Assembly (NCBI GenBank): GCA_000025185.1
Contig: CP001848.1
Coordinates: 2,490,001-2,522,000 of the forward strand
DNA length: 32,000 nt
Source of the DNA: Pirellula staleyi DSM 6068
GTDB lineage: Bacteria > Planctomycetota > Planctomycetia > Pirellulales > Pirellulaceae
Direction of reading: 5' to 3'
In this document: positions 1 to 7,916 of the stretch, one piece after another
Layout of the letters: each line of letters starts with the position of its first letter
Numbering within the stretch: the first letter of the stretch is position 1
The notes under the pieces: model-generated
Told to the model about the DNA's origin: nothing
Databases searched by the model: none
What the model saw: only the letters and a program-made list of their open reading frames with translations
Program-made: the position numbers and the translations under genes

Positions 1-1574
1 GGAAACAGGACGGAGCGAATCCCGTAGTAGATCATTCCCAGAATGCCCGAGCCGATGAGGGCGACCGCGAGAAAACCGAAGGTTTTTTCCCCGGGAAAGT
101 ATTTGCCGTACCGCTGGACGAATCTTATCTCGTGATCGTCCCAAAAGAGTTCGTGGCAATGGGGACAGCGGCTCCCCTCGTAGTAGAGATCGCTCCCTTT
201 CTGCTTGAGGTCGAGTCCTCCGCGACAGGCACTGCAAAGCCCTTGTCGCGCACTGGTACGACCATCGTAGATCACCTGGGCATAGACTGTTTTCGGTGGA
301 TCGGGTTGGCGTGTTGGCGGCGAGGTGGAAAATCTCGTCGCTGGAGGGGCGAGCACGGAAGGAAGGGAGCCCACGGGATTCGGAATGCTGGCCAGACCGC
401 TCGGCATCGACTGCGTCGGAACACTCTTGTAAGGGGACCCGGGATAATCGGTGCTGGGATAGTTTTGCGCCGCCGGAAGTGAGGGAGGAGAGTAGCCCGG
501 CGGTGTGTAAGACGGAACTGGCGGACTATACGAAGGCACGCTCGGCTGAGGATAGGATGGCTGCGGAGAAGAAGGCTGTGGAAACGACGGTGGACTGCTC
601 GGCGTATAGCTGGGCATTCCAGTCGCAGGATTCATCGGCGGGCTGGAGGGATAAGTCGAGGCTGGTGAGGGATTGTTCTCAGGAGGTAAGTAGGGTGGCG
701 GTCCGAAATCGGGCTGTGAAAAAGGAGGGGGCGCAAAGCCACTCGCTTCCGGGCTTGCTGCGGGAGCAGCCTCCGAACGAGCGGCACCGAAATCTCCTGG
801 CGAAGGCTCAAAACCGGGCGTGTTCGGAACGAAAGCCGGGGCCACATCGGGGAGAGGTTGAGCTGGCATCGTGCGGGGATCCCCCGGAACGAGCGCGCCT
901 CCCGGCTGTGCCAGTGGGTCTTTGGGCTTGCCAAGGTTGGCGATCATTTCTTCGGTTGGGAGCGAGTCGAGCGAAATGGTGTCACCCCGTGCGGCGAGAA
1001 GCTGGCGCACATACTCCCGATCATCGACCGACAAGAGGACGAACGAAACCTTCGAGACACGCGAAGCACGTTGCAGCACCACATCCGACCCCACTATCCG
1101 CAGGAACTTACCGTTCACGGTGTTCCCTTGCACATCGGTCCAGTCGCGTGCCACTGCTTCACCTGGAGTCGACTTGCCACCGGTGGGACGGCTGCCGCCG
1201 CCCGCTTTAGGTGGCGAGTCGGTGTGGGACGCCGATTTAGGGGGACCAAACGGATCGAACTCTTGGGCCGACCCACTAGCAGTCCCCGGCGAGGATGAAT
1301 CGTTTTGGGGCGGAGCTTCTTTCCCCTCGGCGAGATCGCGAATGATTTGCTGGTCGGCAGGGGCGAACTTCGAAATCGGCAGCGTGACGAACTTCCCCTG
1401 GGTCAAGAACGTGACTTGATCCCCTTCTTGTCTCACGAAAGTGCCGCGCATGTTCCGGCCATCGGCGCCGGTCCAGATACGCTCCTGAGCCGAGGCCAAG
1501 CCAGCCCACAAAATAACCAACACCAGGTGTAGCGACACGCAAAGCAGTCGATTGGCTAGGTTGGGGCGTTTCAT
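1..1574 (-). CDS. Exported SHD1-repeat, proline-rich, Cys4 and C-terminal TM-anchored protein (3' end cut by window edge); tandem paralog of 1869..3248
   Basis: Hand translation of the minus frame from ATG 1574..1572 stays open to position 1 (at least 524 codons). Sequence: MKRPNLANRLLCVSLHLVLVILWAGLASAQERIWTGADGRNMRGTFVRQEGDQVTFLTQGKFVTLPISKFAPADQQIIRDLAEG ... RDWTDVQGNTVNGKFLRIVGSDVVLQRASRVSKVSFVLLSVDDREYVRQLL ... long P/S/Y-rich tract ... CSAC-x19-CPHC ... FGFLAVALIGSGILGMIYYGI. Domain order matches the 459-aa neighbour and residue identity is obvious. It is absent from the ORF track because no stop lies in the window. The + strand ORFs 296..1210, 858..1298 and 871..1419 are its antisense shadows. 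Confidence 0.8.
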   Translation of the reverse strand, partial: MKRPNLANRLLCVSLHLVLVILWAGLASAQERIWTGADGRNMRGTFVRQEGDQVTFLTQGKFVTLPISKFAPADQQIIRDLAEGKEAPPQNDSSSPGTASGSAQEFDPFGPPKSASHTDSPPKAGGGSRPTGGKSTPGEAVARDWTDVQGNTVNGKFLRIVGSDVVLQRASRVSKVSFVLLSVDDREYVRQLLAARGDTISLDSLPTEEMIANLGKPKDPLAQPGGALVPGDPRTMPAQPLPDVAPAFVPNTPGFEPSPGDFGAARSEAAPAASPEASGFAPPPFSQPDFGPPPYLPPENNPSPASTYPSSPPMNPATGMPSYTPSSPPSFPQPSSPQPSYPQPSVPSYSPPVPSYTPPGYSPPSLPAAQNYPSTDYPGSPYKSVPTQSMPSGLASIPNPVGSLPSVLAPPATRFSTSPPTRQPDPPKTVYAQVIYDGRTSARQGLCSACRGGLDLKQKGSDLYYEGSRCPHCHELFWDDHEIRFVQRYGKYFPGEKTFGFLAVALIGSGILGMIYYGIRSVLF

Positions 1575-1868
1575 ACGCGCACGCACTTCTACATAGTATA
1601 TGGGTGGTGAATATCCCCAATGGTGACTATTTTCAGAGGCCGAGTCAACAGAATTAACTCAGCTATTGGCGAAAATTTACCCACTCAGGGTGGTTCTTTG
1701 GTCGCTCTTGTAGGGGAAGCGTCGCCGGTGACTACCGGTCAGGGAGCTACCCCCTCAAAAAGCAGCCTTGGCTGGGGACGCGATCGCAGCTGGGAGAGAG
1801 CCTCAGGGGAGAAAACTGCGATCGACTGACAGCAATCAACTGATAGTGAGCCAGTCTGTCAGGTACGT

Positions 1869-3248
1869 TTAGTACGTTCTGGTTTCGGGCTCGCGCGACC
1901 AATTCGCCAGCCGCATTCCGATGCCAATCACGGCGACGATACCGATGCCAGCAAACATCCCGGCGTAGACCACCCAGGAAGGGATGCCGCTATCGATCCA
2001 AAAATCGGCGGTGTGCGCGTCCCACCACTCGGCACCGCAACTCTTGCATTTGCTCCCCTTCGTCTGATTCTTGTTAAGGTCCACCTCGGCCGGAGTGAGG
2101 CACTTGGTGCACACACCCTGCTCGCGACCGTGTCGCATAACTACAAAAACGATCGGGTAGTCCTTGTAGCGTTCTTGCATCGCCTTCACTTCCAAGTCGT
2201 CCGTCGATTCATTCATGCCGGGCGACATCGGGCTGCCATAAGGTGCTGGCATCACCGGGGTAGGCATGCTCGGTGGACTGAAGTTCGAGGGGGGCATCGA
2301 CGGTGGACTTCCCGACGAGAGCCCGCTGGGAGGTGTATAAGGAGCGGGCGGCGTGTAAGGAGGTGGGCTGAACCCTGGATTTCCGCTTGGAATCGACGAA
2401 CTTTCCTCAGGCCGCGTAGGCATTTCAAACGGAGGTGGCGTGAACGAGGGTGTTGTGGGAGGAACGACGCCGGGGATGCTGCCGTCGGGATTCGGCATCG
2501 GGGCAATCGGCGCTGGATCGAAGTTTGGGGTCAGTGGCAACGGTGGCGGTGTAAAGCCTGGGCCAACACCCGGGCCAGGGATTCCGCCAGGGCCGGGCAT
2601 CGCTCCAGGACCAGGCACACTGGGAACACCAGGGAAACTGGGGGCTCCTGGAATTGCACCGGGATTAACACCAGGGTTCATGCCCGGATCGATTCCCCCC
2701 GCGCCACCAATCGAGTTCTCGGCTGGAAGAGCAGCGAGGGCAGCTTCGTCGCCGCGATCGGCGAGCATCTGCCGCACGTAAGCTCGGTCGTCGGGACTAA
2801 GGTTAATAAACGGGATCTTGGTCACGCGCGAGGCACGCTGCAGCACCACCTCGGGACCTACGACACGCAAGAACTTGGCCGTCAGCTTATTTCCTTGCGT
2901 GTCGGTCCATTCGCGCGACGTGGCAGTCGTCGACTTCGGCTTTTTCGTGCTCGAGGCCTCGTCGTCGTCGCTCGAATCACCGGCTGGCGTGGTGGTTCCA
3001 GAGGCCAAATCGCGGATCACCTGCTGATCCTCCTCGGAAAACCGGGTGATCGGTAAAGTGATCTCTTTCCCTTGGAAAATGAACGTGACATCGTCGCCGC
3101 TCGAGCGCACAAACTCGGCCTGCATCGTGCGGCCATCGGCGGAGGTCCAGGTCCGTTCCTCGGCGGCTGTCGAGGCCACCAGTACCAAAACGCAAAGCAG
3201 GGCAAGGCTGCGGGACTTGGCCAGACGTTTCAGTACGAGGGCGTTCAT
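1869..3248 (-). CDS. Exported SHD1-repeat, P/G-rich, Cys4 and C-terminal TM-anchored protein
   Basis: 459-aa ORF with a signal-peptide-like N-terminus (LALLCVLVLVASTAAEE). Two SHD1-like modules: RTWTSADGRTMQAEFVRSSGDDVTFIFQGKEITLPITRFSEEDQQVIRDL and REWTDTQGNKLTAKFLRVVGPEVVLQRASRVTKIPFINLSPDDRAYVRQML. These are followed by about 170 aa of P/G-rich low complexity (about nt 2250..2720), CTKC-x17-CKSC, and a TM helix IPSWVVYAGMFAGIGIVAVIGIGM with a short tail. Confidence 0.85.
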   Translation of the reverse strand: MNALVLKRLAKSRSLALLCVLVLVASTAAEERTWTSADGRTMQAEFVRSSGDDVTFIFQGKEITLPITRFSEEDQQVIRDLASGTTTPAGDSSDDDEASSTKKPKSTTATSREWTDTQGNKLTAKFLRVVGPEVVLQRASRVTKIPFINLSPDDRAYVRQMLADRGDEAALAALPAENSIGGAGGIDPGMNPGVNPGAIPGAPSFPGVPSVPGPGAMPGPGGIPGPGVGPGFTPPPLPLTPNFDPAPIAPMPNPDGSIPGVVPPTTPSFTPPPFEMPTRPEESSSIPSGNPGFSPPPYTPPAPYTPPSGLSSGSPPSMPPSNFSPPSMPTPVMPAPYGSPMSPGMNESTDDLEVKAMQERYKDYPIVFVVMRHGREQGVCTKCLTPAEVDLNKNQTKGSKCKSCGAEWWDAHTADFWIDSGIPSWVVYAGMFAGIGIVAVIGIGMRLANWSREPETRTY

Positions 3249-3604
3249 CGAAGTATTCCGTTTGCCAAAGGAAGGATGGATGTAGTTTGGTGAAGTGGCG
3301 GGGCCAGGTCAAATCGAAGTTGTCACTTTTTTCGCAGCGGAAAAACCTTGAATTTCACCTCGATTTTGGACTCGACCGGCAAGATCGGGGGCTATCGGGC
3401 GAACCTGGAACTGCAGCGATGCGACCATTCCTGACAAAGAGGCTCTCGAGAAAGGTCGCGTGGTGAGTTGGCATCATTTTCGGATGCTAGCCGCCCGTAG
3501 CCTGAAGGCGATTCGTTGGTTAAACTTCGATCTTGGGGTGATTCGGAAGATTTTTCCCGATTTCTGGCATCAGCCAGATTCGGCCAGACGACACTCCCTC
3601 CCAT

Positions 3605-3686
3605 GGCCACTTGGTGAAATTGGCAGACACGCAGGATTTAGGTTCCTGTGCCGCAAGGCGTCGGGGTTCAAGTCCCCGAGTGGCCA
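3605..3686 (+). tRNA. tRNA-Leu (anticodon UAG), type II with long variable arm
   Basis: Cloverleaf folded by hand. Acceptor GGCCACT (3605-3611) pairs with AGTGGCC (3679-3685). The D stem is 3 bp (GTG/CAC) with an 11-nt loop. Anticodon stem CAGGA/TCCTG; loop TT-TAG-GT with the anticodon at 3639-3641. Variable arm TGCCGCAAGGCGT; T arm CGGGG-TTCAAGT-CCCCG; discriminator A3686. CCA is not encoded. Confidence 0.93.
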
Positions 3687-3748
3687 CTGCTCGAGCGCTC
3701 TTGCTGGGGGCGATGCTTGATGTTTTCAGCTCGGACCCACGAGCCGGT

Positions 3749-5284
3749 TCACGGCTGACGCTCCAGCTCCAAGCGAAACTGCATCACACCCCCGCCGATC
3801 AACACGCGGCTGACGGTCCCGTCCTCGTTAAGTCGCTCAAGAGATCTTGTTTCCCCTTCGGCTGAAACCAGGCAGTTCATTCGCCTATTGTCTAGCGTGC
3901 AAACGAACTCTCGTCGCACCGCACCACTCGGCGAGCGTTTGTTCGACGAGAACTTCAGCGAGCTCTCTTCCCAGCGAACATTGGTTGCTATCTCGCCAGC
4001 GACGGCTCCGGTCGACATCTCTTCCCAGATCGAAACCGCAAATACGCCGTTCTCTTCTTCGATCGAAAGACGCTGAATCGATCCCGGCTGGATGTTGAGG
4101 TTCCTCCATTCGCCAGCATAGGGATGGGGCGGCACCACCGGTTCGGTACCGTCGCTGAAAAGCAAACAGCCTCCGATGCCCAGCAGCAGCATCAAAGCGA
4201 TGGCAGCAACCACATAGAGCCACCAGCGTCGCCCAGCAGGAGGTGCTGGTGGCTGCGAAGTGGCTATCGAAGGAGCGAGCGATTTGGCTTGAGGGGCATG
4301 GCTACGAAGCAAGCGAAACACGCCAGGAACAAACGCTTGTCGCTCGGAAGTTTCGCCGATCATCGCAACAAAACAGCCGAGCGATGTATCGCCAAGTTCT
4401 TCGCTGATGGCATGAAAGGCTAGTCCCGTTTTGGCGAGAAGCGAGCGTTTCTCGGCGATACCACGAATCTTGATCGAGAGGGCAATGAGCGCACGGTTGC
4501 GGACATCGATCGCTTCACCCGTAATTGCCTCTTCGGGACCAATCAAACTTTGATGGATTTGATTCGGTAACTCGACACAGAAGAGGTTTTCGAGCGATTC
4601 CGATAAGAACTCGATAGCCTGCTTGGTCGATGATAGACGAGGAATCACCCACTCATATCCGAGGCAATTTGCCCGTAGTTCTGAAGTCGATCGCTTCGCC
4701 AGAACAGGTCCGCCGCGATAGCTTTCAAGGCCGTAGAGCACTATTGCTAGCCAGCAGTTCACCTGCAGTGTTTCGCGTAGCGCGATGAGTTCCAGTCGAA
4801 AGTCGTTCTTCAGTCGTCGTCGATCTGTGGAAGGTTCTGCACCGGCATTGCTCCACAAAGATTCCCCAGCAATCCAAACTGCGACCCCACTAGCCGCAGG
4901 CAATTTTCCGCGCGAGCGGCGGAGCAATTTGCCAAGTTGTCGCAAATCGGCAGTTGCATCTTCGGCGGACGCTTCGCTGTTTCCATGCCAGAACAGGTAG
5001 TGTGCATGATTGGCCGATTTGCGATGTCCGGTGGCAATGGTGAATCGAGTTGCGGGGTTCTCAGCGACTGGCTGATCGACCGTGAGGTCGGCCGAAGCCA
5101 TCAAACTGACGATGGAGTTCCGCTCGATTCCTAGGATGAGGAACAGATGGCAGTCCGTGATGGAGCGCCCTTGCTGCTCCAGCGTTTCGAGGGCTGTTTT
5201 CCATTCGCTATCGAGCGAGATTGATTTGCTGGGAATGGGGGAGGAGGTCGCCGGAGAAGTCGAAGCAGCCATGGATGAGTTCAA
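3749..5284 (-). CDS. IcmF/TssM-like N-terminal NTPase-fold protein with degenerate P-loop, single TM helix and ~130-aa C-terminal extracytoplasmic domain
   Basis: 511-aa ORF. By-eye alignment to the TssM cytoplasmic NTPase region gives four matches. TDCHLFLILGIERNSIVSLMASADL aligns with LPWYvIGppGSGKTTaLlNSGL. LGKLLRRSRGKLPAASGVAVWIAGESLW aligns with FLdLLkkhRprrPlNGVivaiSlsDLL. RLELIALRETLQVNCWLAIVLYGLESYRG aligns with RiqELyerLgirfPVYvlfTKcDlvaGF. LGYEWVIP aligns with WGFTFP. Walker A GxxGxGKT is replaced by GIERNSIV (nt 5108..5155). The TM helix is RRWWLYVVAAIALMLLLGIGGCLLF (about nt 4150..4235). Confidence 0.5.
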   Translation of the reverse strand: MNSSMAASTSPATSSPIPSKSISLDSEWKTALETLEQQGRSITDCHLFLILGIERNSIVSLMASADLTVDQPVAENPATRFTIATGHRKSANHAHYLFWHGNSEASAEDATADLRQLGKLLRRSRGKLPAASGVAVWIAGESLWSNAGAEPSTDRRRLKNDFRLELIALRETLQVNCWLAIVLYGLESYRGGPVLAKRSTSELRANCLGYEWVIPRLSSTKQAIEFLSESLENLFCVELPNQIHQSLIGPEEAITGEAIDVRNRALIALSIKIRGIAEKRSLLAKTGLAFHAISEELGDTSLGCFVAMIGETSERQAFVPGVFRLLRSHAPQAKSLAPSIATSQPPAPPAGRRWWLYVVAAIALMLLLGIGGCLLFSDGTEPVVPPHPYAGEWRNLNIQPGSIQRLSIEEENGVFAVSIWEEMSTGAVAGEIATNVRWEESSLKFSSNKRSPSGAVRREFVCTLDNRRMNCLVSAEGETRSLERLNEDGTVSRVLIGGGVMQFRLELERQP

Positions 5285-5391
5285 TCAGTTGGATCATGCA
5301 GCCAGTGCGGAAGAAAACGCAAAAGAGTGTTGAGTCGCGTGAATCGAGCGGAACGGACTTTAATGTTTCAAGGGGATCAGAGTGTGAGCCC

Positions 5392-6168
5392 TTACCGCCG
5401 CGAATGCTCGCAATGACGAATCAGAATTTCGCCCCCGGGAAACGTTTGTTCCTCGGGAAGATGTATTTGGGACGAGCCATCGACGAGAGCACGGACGCGG
5501 CGTGTCCAGCGCGCGGGAGGTTCGCGTCCATCGGGAATGAGTTCGACCGGGAAGGTGGAACCAAAACCGAGGTCGACGCACAGGAGGTAAACCTCGAGCG
5601 CCTCGAAGTGACGCAGGGATTCGGTCAGCTGAGCTTGCTCCCAGAATCGTTCTGCGCGAGCAGGGGCCCCGAAGAACATCCCTTCGAGCGGCATCTCGAT
5701 CCAGCGCAATTGCCAGCGAGTACTGGCGTTGCTCAAAAGGTCGTCAATCCAGCAGACAATGGCGTAGCGAATGCCTAGCTGACGCTCGTCGAAAGCTGCT
5801 TCGGGATCGAGTCCATGATCGATAGCAATCAGATTTCCGAGGAGCGGACCGACTTGAGTTTGGGCATGCTCGATCTCGGCCCGAATGGCAGCTTCGTAGG
5901 CCGTTCGCAGGAGTGTGGCTTGCCGCGGTGAGTCGGCAAAATGCGTTGCAATCGACTTTGTCAAAGTTTCGCGACTGACTGTCCGCTGCAGCACTTGCGC
6001 CAGCTCGTCGATGACAAGTGGATCGACCGATTTACCTGCCAGCGCTTGCTGCAAAGCGGGTGTGAAATCGAGATCGGTGAAGACCGGCTCGCTTGATTCG
6101 AGCTTATCGAGCCAACCCCACGTGAGCTCCAAAATGGGATAGAGGGCGTCGAGTACGGAGGCTTGCAT
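5392..6168 (-). CDS. DotU (TssL cytoplasmic domain)-like protein lacking the usual C-terminal TM anchor
   Basis: 258-aa ORF. IRYAIVCWIDDLLSNASTRWQLRWIEMPLEGMFFGAPARAERFWEQ ... ALEVYLLCVDLGFGSTF (signature at about nt 5540..5610) matches the DotU pattern aRYALCAllDEavlnT.WG...W...sLl..ffg...gGe.FF..l......LLEvyylCLaLGFeGrY. No hydrophobic helix follows the signature. Confidence 0.55.
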   Translation of the reverse strand: MQASVLDALYPILELTWGWLDKLESSEPVFTDLDFTPALQQALAGKSVDPLVIDELAQVLQRTVSRETLTKSIATHFADSPRQATLLRTAYEAAIRAEIEHAQTQVGPLLGNLIAIDHGLDPEAAFDERQLGIRYAIVCWIDDLLSNASTRWQLRWIEMPLEGMFFGAPARAERFWEQAQLTESLRHFEALEVYLLCVDLGFGSTFPVELIPDGREPPARWTRRVRALVDGSSQIHLPEEQTFPGGEILIRHCEHSRR

Positions 6169-6385
6169 AGCAAACGCTTTCAGCCACCAGAACTCTCACC
6201 AGTCGCTGGAATGTCCACGACTGTTTTGCGAGCTGATAGCGGACGCATTCTAGTGTGAGCTAGCGGCCGAACTCAAACAAATCTGACATTCGGCAGCAAG
6301 ATTTTTTCAGCACTAATAGCGGGGTAATTGCCAGCCTACTGGTGGCAACAGCTCCTCGATGGGTGAGTCTGCTGCCAGCTACTCG

Positions 6386-7723
6386 TTACACCAACTCAGG
6401 CATCACGGGGTGGTGATCGACGAGGTACTGAGGGCGCCCGCTGAGATCGTTGACGGTCGATTCGGGGTTGATTCCGAGGCGGTGATAAAGGGTGGCCAAG
6501 ACTTCGCCGAAGTGGACGGGGCGCGAAGTCGGTTCGCCCGCGATTTTGTCGGTGGTTCCAATCACTTGACCGGTCTTCATGCCACCACCTGCCAGCACGG
6601 CACAGCCGACTTGAGGCCAATGATCGCGGCCACCATCTTTGTTGATGATCGGGGTGCGGCCAAACTCGCCCCAGGCAACGACGGAAACATCTTTGTCCAT
6701 GCCTCGAGCATGCAGATCTTCCACCAAAGCGCTGAAGCCTTGATCGAACTGAGGGCCGTGCGTGTTCTTGAACTCCGAGAAGTTATTGCTGTGGAAATCC
6801 CAGCGTCCGAAGTTCAGCGTGACGACGCGAGCGCCTGCTTCCACCAAGCGTCGAGCCATCAAAAAGTGTTCGAGGTTGCGTGGTGCACCGTCGCCATAGT
6901 TGCGTGGATCACCCTTGCCATAGCGCTCGCGAACTTTCGGATCTTCCTTCGAAAGATCGAGGGCATCGGCCAGACGGCTGCTCGTAAGGACACCGAGTGC
7001 CTGCGAGGTGAAGGTGTCGACCCCCGAGAGCATTCCGCTGTTATCGAGGTCGCGTCGCAGTCGATCGAAGCTTCCCAAAAGTTGACGACGATCTTGCAGT
7101 CGATCGGCCGAAATGCCGTTCAGCAGCAGATCGGCAGCACCTTCGCCATTGGGCCGAAATGCCGAATGCGAGGGCCCCATGAAACCGGGATGCCCAGGTG
7201 AACCGTAGGGTGGATGACCAGCGCGAGGCGAGAGTCCGACAAACGGTGGCACGCTCGGATTGGCGGGGCCTTTGAGCTTCGAAACCACACTGCCGAGCGA
7301 GGGCCAACCACCGGCGGGCTGACGTTCGAACGAGCGGCCGGTGTAGCAGATAAAGGAGTCGTGATTGCCGTTGGGTGATCCGACCACGGTCCGAATGGGG
7401 ACCAGTTTGTCCATGATTTTGGCCATCTGCGGCATGTGCTCGCAGATTTGAATGCCGGGGACATTGGTGTCGATCGGGTTGAACTCGCCACGAATTTCGG
7501 CCGGAGCATCGGGCTTCAGGTCGAACATGTCTTGGTGGGGTGGGGCTCCACACAAGTAGATCATGATCACTGCTTTGTGCGATTTACCCACGCCAGCAGC
7601 CTCTTCTGCGCGAAGCAGATCGGCCAGGGTGAGCCCCGACATACCGAGAGCACCAATGGTGAGTGCTTCGCGTCGCGTCATGCCTTGGCAAAGGCGTTTG
7701 GGCTGTCCGGTGATGCTGAGCAT
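6386..7723 (-). CDS. DUF1501 domain-containing protein (sulfatase/phosphatase-fold, Tat-like signal)
   Basis: The ORF is open to 7813, but the family-typical N-terminus MLSITGQPKRLCQGMTRREALTIGALGMSGLTLADLL begins at ATG 7723..7721. Motifs: VIMIYLCGAPPHQDMFDLKPDAP, VAWGEFGRTP, GGRDHWP. Confidence 0.85.
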   Translation of the reverse strand: MLSITGQPKRLCQGMTRREALTIGALGMSGLTLADLLRAEEAAGVGKSHKAVIMIYLCGAPPHQDMFDLKPDAPAEIRGEFNPIDTNVPGIQICEHMPQMAKIMDKLVPIRTVVGSPNGNHDSFICYTGRSFERQPAGGWPSLGSVVSKLKGPANPSVPPFVGLSPRAGHPPYGSPGHPGFMGPSHSAFRPNGEGAADLLLNGISADRLQDRRQLLGSFDRLRRDLDNSGMLSGVDTFTSQALGVLTSSRLADALDLSKEDPKVRERYGKGDPRNYGDGAPRNLEHFLMARRLVEAGARVVTLNFGRWDFHSNNFSEFKNTHGPQFDQGFSALVEDLHARGMDKDVSVVAWGEFGRTPIINKDGGRDHWPQVGCAVLAGGGMKTGQVIGTTDKIAGEPTSRPVHFGEVLATLYHRLGINPESTVNDLSGRPQYLVDHHPVMPELV

Positions 7724-7916
7724 AAGCGAGGCGAGCCTCCAAAAGGCGGTCGGCCGCAGCGAGTCGAGTGGTCGACAGTGGCGGTCGAAGCTTGGGGGAT
7801 GATGGGCGGGCAAGGCGAGGCAGGAGTCCGCAAACCACTTTGGGTGGTAATGACGACTGCCTTAATCTATCGACATTGGCTTATTGATGCGAGAAGAAAA
7901 TCGACTTTCTCGAGGA

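Noticed and set aside
296-1419. Three long + strand ORFs (296..1210, 858..1298, 871..1419)
   Set aside because: Their products are R/G/A/P-rich junk-like sequence. They lie antisense to a fully open minus-strand frame that encodes a clear paralog of the neighbouring SHD1 protein. These are typical high-GC shadow ORFs.
2013-3056. 347-aa + strand ORF
   Set aside because: It is antisense to the well-supported 1869..3248 gene. The composition is Arg/Trp/Gly-rich with no motifs.
3392-3720. Small ORFs 3392..3610 (-) and 3460..3720 (+)
   Set aside because: They overlap or abut the tRNA-Leu gene and its flanks, and show no coding features.
3605-6168. tRNA-Leu-flanked genomic island carrying the DotU/IcmF-like pair
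   Set aside because: There is no integrase, no direct repeat of the tRNA 3' end elsewhere in the window, and no convincing compositional break. A few locally AT-richer 60-nt stretches exist, but I cannot compute this rigorously.
3749-6168. A bona fide type VI secretion locus
   Set aside because: Only TssL-like and TssM-like genes are present. No sheath, tube, spike, baseplate or ClpV genes occur anywhere in the 32 kb, and the TssM-like protein is drastically shortened with a dead P-loop.
6359-7201. 280-aa + strand ORF
   Set aside because: It is antisense to the DUF1501 gene, which has unmistakable family motifs. This is a shadow ORF.
7724-7813. N-terminal extensions of track ORFs (also 8658..8723, 14378..14425, 19409..19450, 20494..20610)
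   Set aside because: Family-typical N-termini, signal peptides or Rossmann motifs begin at internal start codons. The 20494..20610 extension would also run into the end region of the upstream gene. The hrpA start remains ambiguous.
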